Translations under genes and position numbers: made by a program | Origin: Rickettsia typhi | GTDB lineage: Bacteria > Pseudomonadota > Alphaproteobacteria > Rickettsiales > UBA1997 | Length of the DNA stretch: 64,000 bases | Direction: 5' to 3' | NCBI GenBank assembly: GCA_945875925.1 | Contig: CAMCME010000001.1 | Span: 4,656 to 68,655, forward strand | Notes under the pieces: generated by a model | What the model saw: the letters and a program-made list of their open reading frames with translations, nothing else | The model's database searches: none | Told to the model about the DNA's origin: nothing | Shown: piece by piece, positions 1 through 6,863 of the stretch | How the letters are laid out: each line of letters starts with the position of its first letter | Numbering within the stretch: position 1 is the first letter of the stretch

Positions 1-905
1 ACATCCATTACGGAATTAGAGAACATGCGATGGGCGCTTTGATGAATGGTATAACACTTCACGGTGGATTTTTGCCTTACGCAGGCACTTTCCTAGTTTT
101 CTCTGACTACATGAAACCAGCGGTTCGTTTGGCTGCTTTAATGAAATTGCGCTGCATTTATATTTTCACTCATGACTCAATTGGTCTTGGTGAAGATGGT
201 CCAACTCATCAACCAATTGAACATTTGGCAAGTCTGCGCGCCATTCCAAATTTAAATGTTTTCCGCCCTGCTGATGCGCAAGAAACTATTGGATGTTTTG
301 AACAAGCTTTGAAAGCCAAAGAAACTCCATCAGCCATAGTTTTAACTAGACAAAATGTCTCTTTCTTACGCAGCGAATATAGAAAAGATGAAGGTTTCTG
401 CTCACGCGGTGGCTATATCATTTCAGACACTGCACTTGATATTGAGCCAGATGTAGTTTTGATTTCTACAGGTTCAGAAGTTTCAATCGCGATTGAAACT
501 AAAGAAAAATTACACAAACACGGTCTTGCCGTGCGTGTAGTTTCTATGCCATGTTTTGAAATTTTTGCTACTCAAGAAAAATCTTACAAAAACCGTGTTT
601 TGGGTGCAGAACATATTTTAAGAGTTGGTATTGAAGCTGGAATTGACCAATTATGGTGCCGTTATATCGGTAAAGACGGAATCTTCATCGGCATGGAAAC
701 ATTCGGTGCTTCAGGAAAAGCTGAAGATCTTTACAAACATTTCGGAATTACTTCTGACAATGCTTGCGAAAAAATCTTAGCTGAAATGAAAATTCGTCGC
801 AGAGCTGGAATCGCTAAATATAAAGACAGTGATGATGTTTTGGACGAATTAGATAAATATAAAGAACAAATCAGAAAAGAAGTTGAGGATGATGACGAAA
901 GCTAA
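1..905 (+). CDS. tkt: Transketolase, C-terminal ~300 aa (5' end outside window)
   Basis: Frame is open from base 3 (IHYGIREHAMGALMNG). Motif GEDGPTHQPIEHLASLRAIPN is typical of transketolase. Ends with a ~37-aa charged tail beyond the usual C-terminus. Confidence 0.9.
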   Translation, partial: IHYGIREHAMGALMNGITLHGGFLPYAGTFLVFSDYMKPAVRLAALMKLRCIYIFTHDSIGLGEDGPTHQPIEHLASLRAIPNLNVFRPADAQETIGCFEQALKAKETPSAIVLTRQNVSFLRSEYRKDEGFCSRGGYIISDTALDIEPDVVLISTGSEVSIAIETKEKLHKHGLAVRVVSMPCFEIFATQEKSYKNRVLGAEHILRVGIEAGIDQLWCRYIGKDGIFIGMETFGASGKAEDLYKHFGITSDNACEKILAEMKIRRRAGIAKYKDSDDVLDELDKYKEQIRKEVEDDDES

Positions 906-1920
906 AAAAACTTTCTTAATACTTATTTTCAACGCTTTAATAGGCTGCTCCGTCCATAACGGATCATATTACCAAGGACCAATTTCTGATCATTTTGACG
1001 GCAAGAGATTTGACTCGGAAAATGATCAGGATTTCTTTGACACTCTCAGATTTTCTTTCACTCCAAAACCTACTTGGAACAATGTTGATAAGCCTTTAGA
1101 ACTTGGTAAAATAGAAAATTTACCAAATTCTGAAAAAGCCAAAATCATCTTCATTGGACATTCCACTTTTTTAATTCAACTTAAAAATTCTAATATTTTA
1201 ACCGACCCAATTTGGTCAGAAAGTGCTGGCCCAATAAGCTTCGCCAGCCCTTCTCGCTATGTAAAACCCGCCATTTCTTTTGATAATTTACCAAAAATTA
1301 ACTATGTGCTGATCAGCCATAGCTCTTACTATCACATGGATGTGCCGACTATTATAGAACTCAAAAAAAGATTTAATCCGCAATTTATTACGGGACTTGG
1401 AAATTGTTATTATTTGAATGTTAAACAAAAACTTGGAGTTGATTGCACCGAACTTGATTGGGATGAGAAGCTTGATTTGGCAGGCATCGGAGAGCTTTAT
1501 TTTACTAAAGCCAAACATTGGTCCAAAAGATTATTTTTCGATTATGACAAAACTTTATGGGGATCTTTCATCATTAAAAATCCTGAAATAAAAATTTTCT
1601 TCAGCGGCGACAGCGGCTATGACGATCATTTTAAAGTTATGGGCTATCAATATGGACCTTTCGATGTAGCGCTGATGCAAATGGGATCTTACGAACCAAG
1701 ATGGTTTTTGAAGAATCACCACATGAACCCTGAAGAAGCTGTGATGGCACATAAGGATTTGAAATCGAAGAAATCAATCGGTATGCATTTCGCAACTTTT
1801 AGAACTTCAACTGAAGGTTATAGAGATCCCGAAATTGATTTAGAGAAAGCGAAGCTGAAGCATGAAGTGAGAAAAGAAGATTTTATAGCGCCGAAAGTTG
1901 GAGAAGTTTTTGAGTTTTAG
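889..1920 (+). CDS. MBL-fold (NAPE-PLD-like) hydrolase-family lipoprotein
   Basis: Lipobox-like LIGCS follows a hydrophobic N-terminus. Family pattern seen: GHSTFLIQ, LTDP, HWSKR, GDSGY, NHHMNPEEA, GMHFATF. The expected HxHxDH motif reads HSSYYH. ORF track start is 883 (TTG); ATG at 889/892. Confidence 0.6.
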   Translation: MMTKAKKTFLILIFNALIGCSVHNGSYYQGPISDHFDGKRFDSENDQDFFDTLRFSFTPKPTWNNVDKPLELGKIENLPNSEKAKIIFIGHSTFLIQLKNSNILTDPIWSESAGPISFASPSRYVKPAISFDNLPKINYVLISHSSYYHMDVPTIIELKKRFNPQFITGLGNCYYLNVKQKLGVDCTELDWDEKLDLAGIGELYFTKAKHWSKRLFFDYDKTLWGSFIIKNPEIKIFFSGDSGYDDHFKVMGYQYGPFDVALMQMGSYEPRWFLKNHHMNPEEAVMAHKDLKSKKSIGMHFATFRTSTEGYRDPEIDLEKAKLKHEVRKEDFIAPKVGEVFEF

Positions 1921-2090
1921 ATAGCCTCCTTTGCAAAAAGAGTTCTTGCTACGCAAGGCGTGACGGAGGATTTTGACGCAACACGCTCGCAATATTAATA
2001 TTTTTAAATCGATAACTAATTTCAAATTTTGAATCACCCATCTCAAATGGCTTTGGCATTTGATCCACCCTATTTTGCAAAGAGGGCTTA
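1921..2090. repeat. Dispersed repeat family D, copy 1; fills the convergent MBL/znuA intergenic region
   Basis: About 95 nt (1995-2089) is ~85% identical by eye to 60343-60436. Bounded by an imperfect inverted repeat: AGCCTCCTTTGCAAAAAG (1924-1941) vs CTATTTTGCAAAGAGGGCT (2069-2087). Confidence 0.75.
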
Positions 2091-2981
2091 CTTCAAACAA
2101 TCCAACAAATCATTAGAAAGATTCACCATCAAAACCGCATAACCATTTTCACCCACATTCTTTTTCGAACCAATTTCATCCAAAATCGAGAATTTAATTT
2201 TATATTTTTCCGCCAATTTCATCGCTGAATTTTTCTCATCTTGCGGCTCACCAAAAATACATTTTACAGATTTTATCTTCATCAAATCGTCAATTTCTTT
2301 CAGAGATTTTACCGTCAAGTCAGAGCCATGGCTATAACTTACAACCTTCAAGGGCTTAACTCCAAAGGCATCTTCAAAATATTGATAACCATCATGATAA
2401 AAAATATAGCCGAAATTTTCTTTGTTTTTAATTGTCGCTAAATTCTTTTGGATATTTTTCTGCATAGCCAAAATTTCTTTAGTAAATTTCGCTAAATTTT
2501 TCTGATATTTTTTAGAATTTTGTCCATCAATTTCAGAAATTTTCCCCGTGATAAATTCGGCAATTTTAATAGAATTTTGTGGATCTAGCCAAATATGTGG
2601 ATCGATTTTTTTAATATCATTTCTTCTTTGCAAAAGCTTGATATCATTGATTTTGGCTAATTCAAAAATTTGTGATTCTTTGCCAGAATTTTTGGTTAAT
2701 TTTAAGAAGCTATTTTCCAAATCGCGACTAACATAAAAAATCAAATCTGCTTTACTAACTGCTTCAGCATCGTTTTTTTTTAGTTGATAATCATGCTCTG
2801 AAACATTTGGATTAATTATTAAAATGCTATTTTCTGGGTCTTTAGTAATTGCTAAAACTATTTGATAAATCGGATTTATTGAGGTGAGAATTGTAGGATT
2901 TTTTGCTGAAGAATTTTCGATAAAAGCAGCGCAGAAAAGAAAAAATACAGAAAGGAATTTTAGAAAAAACCGCATCACCAA
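2088..2981 (-). CDS. znuA: Periplasmic metal (Zn/Mn)-binding protein, ZnuA/TroA family
   Basis: Signal peptide present. Motifs SEHDYQLK, DPHIWLDP, FYHDGYQYF. Divergent from an ABC ATPase gene 17 bp away. Confidence 0.8.
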   Translation of the reverse strand: MVMRFFLKFLSVFFLFCAAFIENSSAKNPTILTSINPIYQIVLAITKDPENSILIINPNVSEHDYQLKKNDAEAVSKADLIFYVSRDLENSFLKLTKNSGKESQIFELAKINDIKLLQRRNDIKKIDPHIWLDPQNSIKIAEFITGKISEIDGQNSKKYQKNLAKFTKEILAMQKNIQKNLATIKNKENFGYIFYHDGYQYFEDAFGVKPLKVVSYSHGSDLTVKSLKEIDDLMKIKSVKCIFGEPQDEKNSAMKLAEKYKIKFSILDEIGSKKNVGENGYAVLMVNLSNDLLDCLK

Positions 2982-2998
2982 TTAAAATTAAATTATAA

Positions 2999-3706
2999 AT
3001 GAACCTCGCAACGCTTGAAAATATTGTCCTCAAAATAAATGGCCAGCAAATCATCGACAAAGTTTCGCTGAATTTAAGAAAAGGCGAAATCACCACTTTG
3101 ATTGGCCCAAATGGCGGCGGCAAAACTTCAATTGCCCGCATTTTGCTTGGAGTTTTGCAACCAACTTCTGGAACTATAACCAAAGATCTTAAAATAAAAA
3201 TCGGTTATATGCCGCAAAAAATTGAGATCGATAAAACCATTCCAATGACGGTTGATGATTTTTTAAAACTCTCACCTCAAAAAATTATTTTTGATGATCA
3301 CATAAAAAGCCTTATTTTGCGCCTGAAATTGGATCAAATTTTAAATAAACAAATTCATAATTTATCGGGTGGACAAATGCAGAAAGTTTTATTTTTGCGC
3401 GCAATCATCAATAAACCAAATTTATTGGTTTTGGATGAACCCACACAATATATGGACACCAACGGCACTGAAGAATTTTATCAGATTATTGATGAAATTA
3501 GAAAAGCCCAGAATTGCGCTATTTTATTGATCTCGCATGATCTTTACATGGTTATGCAAAAAACAGATTTTGTTTTTTGTGTTAATCGCCACATCTGCTG
3601 TCATGGCAGTCCAGAATCGATTAATCAACATCCAGAATATCTTTCTCTCTTTGGAAACCGTACTGCGCTAGCGGTTTATCAGCATCATCATGATCATAAG
3701 CATTAG
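2999..3706 (+). CDS. znuC: Zinc-type ABC transporter ATP-binding protein
   Basis: Walker A GPNGGGKTS, signature LSGGQMQK, Walker B LLVLDEP, His-rich tail HHHDHKH. Confidence 0.8.
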   Translation: MNLATLENIVLKINGQQIIDKVSLNLRKGEITTLIGPNGGGKTSIARILLGVLQPTSGTITKDLKIKIGYMPQKIEIDKTIPMTVDDFLKLSPQKIIFDDHIKSLILRLKLDQILNKQIHNLSGGQMQKVLFLRAIINKPNLLVLDEPTQYMDTNGTEEFYQIIDEIRKAQNCAILLISHDLYMVMQKTDFVFCVNRHICCHGSPESINQHPEYLSLFGNRTALAVYQHHHDHKH

Positions 3707-3755
3707 TTTTTTCTAGCTTTCCAATTACCAACCTCCGAACTCTTCTTAAAACTCA

Positions 3756-3850
3756 TTCATCCTTGATCGCCAAAGGCGATCGAGGATCTCATTACTTTCA
3801 TTCTCCCTTTTAAGCCAAACTCATGATCCTCGAATCTACACTTCAAGGAT
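3756..3850. repeat. Palindromic repeat family A, degenerate copy
   Basis: TTCATCCTTGATCGCCAAAGGCGATCGAGGATCTCAT ... ACTCATGATCCTCGA..TCAAGGAT. Resembles the 34409-34500 copy. Confidence 0.6.
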
Positions 3851-3887
3851 TAACCTCTATTCCTGTTGTCCTTTTTAACTTCTCCTT

Positions 3888-3973
3888 GCCATTCCCGCGA
3901 AGGCGGGAATCTAGAAGCGAGCCTCCTCTTCGTTTCGAAATCGCACTGGATTCACGCCTTCGCGGGAATGACA
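3888..3973. repeat. Palindromic repeat, family A variant with CCCGCGAAGGCGGGAAT arms
   Basis: GCCATTCCCGCGAAGGCGGGAATC ... GATTCACGCCTTCGCGGGAATGAC are inverted arms. Each arm carries a small GC hairpin. Confidence 0.7.
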
Positions 3974-4016
3974 CGGAGATAAAATAACGCATCCCAAAAA
4001 ATAGCTAAGTTTCCAG

Positions 4017-4096
4017 TTGACATCCCCAAATTTTTCCATAATTTTCCCAAAGATTTCCAAATTTTTCCATGAAATCCCAAATTTTTCCATAATTTT
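4017..4096 (+). promoter_or_regulatory. Candidate mraZ/dcw promoter with direct-repeat operator-like array
   Basis: TTGACA at 4017-4022. The 14-mer CCAAATTTTTCCAT occurs three times (4026, 4057, 4077), plus CCCAAAG at 4046. CCCAA-type motifs are spaced in multiples of ~10 bp, about 100 bp upstream of mraZ. Confidence 0.45.
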
Positions 4097-4199
4097 AAGG
4101 AAAAACTCCGATAAACGAAGCCTATCAAAGGTTTCGAAGGAATCTCAACTAATCAAAATTGATTAGTTTTTATTAATTGTTTAGGGCTTGACGACAGCA

Positions 4200-4649
4200 A
4201 TGGCGCTATTTCTTTCGACATTCGTAAACAAAATTGACAATAAGGGCCGTGTTTCGGTGCCGGCTCAATTTCGTCTGTCCCTTACAAATGAGAACTTCTC
4301 GGGCATCATCATCTATGAATCATTCGTCAATGATTGTATCGAAGGATGTGACATGGAACGCATCAAAAAACTTTCAGATTCAATCGATAATTTAGACCCT
4401 TTTTCTGAAGAAAGAGATTCTTTCGCGACCACCATTTTAGGGGGTGCGGTGCAGCTTTCATTTGATTCTGATGGGCGTGTAATTTTGCCAGAAAGTTTGC
4501 TTAAAAAAGCTAAGATAAAAGATAAGGCAGTGTTTGTTGGGAAAGGCCCAACATTTGAAATTTGGCAGCCAGAGAAGTTTGAAATTTATGCTTCAAAGGC
4601 CAAAGAAAATGCCAAAGAAAAGCGCGGTTCGCTGCGCCTAACTAAGTAG
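4200..4649 (+). CDS. mraZ: Transcriptional regulator MraZ
   Basis: MALFLSTFVNKIDNKGRVSVPAQFR and a second DGRVILP half (duplicated SpoVT-AbrB-like MraZ pattern). First gene before rsmH. ORF track start 4188 is TTG; ATG at 4200. Confidence 0.85.
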   Translation: MALFLSTFVNKIDNKGRVSVPAQFRLSLTNENFSGIIIYESFVNDCIEGCDMERIKKLSDSIDNLDPFSEERDSFATTILGGAVQLSFDSDGRVILPESLLKKAKIKDKAVFVGKGPTFEIWQPEKFEIYASKAKENAKEKRGSLRLTK

Positions 4650-4657
4650 TGTTAAAA

Positions 4658-4748
4658 TTTTACACGGCATTAGCCGCGCCCCGCATTGCGGGGATCCCCG
4701 ATATAACGAATCTGATAGGTTCGATATGTCGAATCAGATTCGGTATAT
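4658..4748 (+). repeat. Repeat family B copy (GC-rich GCGCCCCGCATTGCGGGGATCCCCGAT core plus TATA-hairpin)
   Basis: Aligns with 26322-26408 and the reverse complement of 9982-10069. Lies between mraZ and rsmH, and its last base abuts the rsmH ATG. Confidence 0.8.
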
Positions 4749-5678
4749 ATGGATAATTCTCAGTTCCACAAATCAGTTTTACTGAAAGAGGTAATTATGA
4801 ATTTAGCTCCTAAAGATGGCGAAGTTTATTTGGACGCAACCTTTGGCGCGGGCGGATATACGGCGGCTATTTTAGGAAGCGCTAATTGCAAAGTTTATTC
4901 GGTGGATCGTGATGAATCGGCAAAAAAATTTGCCGTAGAAATTGAAAAAAAGTTTCCAAAAAATTTCACCTTTTTGGCAGGAAAATTTTCTGATTGTCAG
5001 GAACTTTTGGCGCAGAAAGGCGTTGAGAAACTAGATGGCATGGTTTTTGACCTTGGTGTTTCTTCCATGCAATTTGACGAAAAAGAGCGCGGATTTTCTT
5101 TCGATAGTGACGCCAAACTCGATATGAGAATGGATCAGAAAAATCCTTTAAGTGCTTTTGAAGCTGTAAACGAGATTCCTGAAGAAGAGTTAAGAAAAAT
5201 TATTAAAGAATTTGGTGAAGAACCCAAGGCGAAATTGATTGCTAAAAAAATCGTCGCTGAAAGGAAAGACCAACCGATCACTAGTTGCAGGCAGCTGGCC
5301 GACATTGTTAGATCCTTGTATTTTGGTTATTCCAAAACAGATCCTGCAACTAGAACCTTTCAAGCTTTTCGAATTTTTGTGAATCAAGAATTAGATGAGC
5401 TGACCTTGGCCTTAAAGGCTTCAATCCCACTTCTCAAAATTGGTAGCCGTTTAATTGTGGTGTCATTTCATTCTTTGGAAGATGCGATTGTGAAGAATTT
5501 TTTGAAAAAAGAAGCGGGCTTGGATGTTACTTATTCAAGATATTCACCGACTCAAGTTATAGAAGTTGAGAAGCATTTTAAGATTGTGAATAAATCGGCG
5601 ATTCAGGCTGATGAAGAAGAGTTGAAGGGAAATTATCGAGCTAGATCGGCGAAGATGCGTGTTGCGGTTAGGATTTAA
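4749..5678 (+). CDS. rsmH: 16S rRNA (cytosine1402-N4)-methyltransferase
   Basis: HKSVLLKEV, DATFGAGGYT, DLGVSSMQFD, SFHSLEDAIVK motifs. Confidence 0.92.
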   Translation: MDNSQFHKSVLLKEVIMNLAPKDGEVYLDATFGAGGYTAAILGSANCKVYSVDRDESAKKFAVEIEKKFPKNFTFLAGKFSDCQELLAQKGVEKLDGMVFDLGVSSMQFDEKERGFSFDSDAKLDMRMDQKNPLSAFEAVNEIPEEELRKIIKEFGEEPKAKLIAKKIVAERKDQPITSCRQLADIVRSLYFGYSKTDPATRTFQAFRIFVNQELDELTLALKASIPLLKIGSRLIVVSFHSLEDAIVKNFLKKEAGLDVTYSRYSPTQVIEVEKHFKIVNKSAIQADEEELKGNYRARSAKMRVAVRI

Positions 5679-5755
5679 GGAATTCTCGATCTCAGCCCCT
5701 CCTTTACCAAGGATGGGTTGGGTGGTTTGGTGAGTTAGAGTTAAAACTAATGAGA

Positions 5756-5797
5756 TCATCGAGCGCTTTGCGCTCAAGGATGACAAGTGTCTTAAAA
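5756..5797. repeat. Family A repeat, right-half fragment
   Basis: AACTAATGAGATCATCGAGCGCTTTGCGCTCAAGGATGACAAG resembles the right arm of the 34409-34500 copy. Confidence 0.5.
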
Positions 5798-5822
5798 AAA
5801 TGAAAAATTGTAAAACATAAAA

Positions 5823-6221
5823 ATGAAAGAACTTTGGAACTCAATTAATAAATTCTACTTTGCTAACTGCGCGCTAGTGGCTGTATTTTTCTTGAGCATT
5901 GTTTTTATGTTTGTGGCGCAGTTTAAAGTTGAGATGTTGCAAGATGAAATTACGCGCACTGAAGCTGAAATTATTGCTTATGAAGACAAGATTCAGCTTT
6001 TAGAAGTGGAATGGGTTTATTTGACTAGACCAGAAAGATTAAGAAATCTTGCCAGCCTTTATTTGAAGGATAATAGCTATACTTTAGCCAGCCAAATTAA
6101 AGCTTCGGATAAGTTAGAAAAATATTATTTAGTGAATTTCAAGAAATCTGAAAATGAACAACTTGCTTTGAATGCGGCTTTGAAGGAACAAAATCAAATT
6201 GCTGAACAAGTTTCTTTTTAA
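5823..6221 (+). CDS. ftsL: Cell division protein FtsL (alphaproteobacterial type)
   Basis: 132 aa with a single N-terminal TM helix followed by a coiled-coil-like segment. Position directly after rsmH. Confidence 0.5.
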   Translation: MKELWNSINKFYFANCALVAVFFLSIVFMFVAQFKVEMLQDEITRTEAEIIAYEDKIQLLEVEWVYLTRPERLRNLASLYLKDNSYTLASQIKASDKLEKYYLVNFKKSENEQLALNAALKEQNQIAEQVSF

Positions 6222-6340
6222 GAATCTCCCCTCTCCTACTTCCAAAAAAATCTCTACAAAACTTCTCAGCTATAAAGATTATTACTTAGCTACTACTAAC
6301 TATTTAGCAGTTTTAAATTCTGACCAGGTTCTGTTGAAAT

Positions 6341-6645
6341 TCACTTCCCCCAAATAAAAACACGAGCAATTTGTATAAACGAGAGGAAGCTGGAAGAGGT
6401 TTTGTCATATCTTGTAGCTACTCTTCTAAAATTCTTAATCCTGTTAAATGGCACTGTCGCAAATCAACTTTTTCTAAGAAATTTTTGTGATTCAGAATTT
6501 TTTGAAAGGTAAGCGTACCTAGATGTATGTGCTTCAAAAAATTCTGAATCACAAAAATTTCTTAGAAAAAGTTGATTTGCGACAGCACCATAATTATTGC
6601 AGTTTTATGAATCTTGGTAGTAAAGCCACCTCGACTGCGTCCTAT
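6341..6645 (-). pseudogene. IS5-family (DDE_Tnp_1-type) transposase remnant, internally deleted
   Basis: My minus-strand translation gives IGRSRGGFTTKIH (6645-6592) and PFNRIKNFRRVATRYDKTSSSFLSFIQIARVFIWGK* (6451-6341). These are hallmark IS5-family motifs. The ~125 aa that normally separates them is missing. Confidence 0.75.
6454..6585. repeat. 53-bp perfect inverted repeat with a 26-nt loop
   Basis: Left arm 6454-6506 (CTGTCGCAAATCAACTTTTTCTAAGAAATTTTTGTGATTCAGAATTTTTTGAA) is the exact reverse complement of 6533-6585. The loop contains a small hairpin, AGGTA-AGCG-TACCT. Confidence 0.9.
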
Positions 6646-6674
6646 ACCAAACTAAATATCTTTATTTTGGTATA
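6643..6674. repeat. TATACCAAA...TTTGGTATA hairpin element (family C)
   Basis: TATACCAAACTAAATATCTTTATTTTGGTATA abuts the IGRSRGG transposase fragment. Confidence 0.7.
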
Positions 6675-6725
6675 GTTTTTATTTTACGCCGTAAGAAAAC
6701 GGAGCAAAAATTTGTGGAGACCTCA

Positions 6726-6772
6726 TATACCAAAGAAACTTTATTGAGAGTAAAGATTTTTAGTTTGGTATA
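6726..6772. repeat. TATACCAAA...TTTGGTATA hairpin element (family C)
   Basis: TATACCAAAGAAACTTTATTGAGAGTAAAGATTTTTAGTTTGGTATA. Confidence 0.7.
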
Positions 6773-6863
6773 GGTTCCGAGAAAAGTAACAGATTAAAAA
6801 CTCAAAAACCTTTTTACTGATTTCACGAAAATCACTATTTCAACCCGAAATAATCCAGATAGT

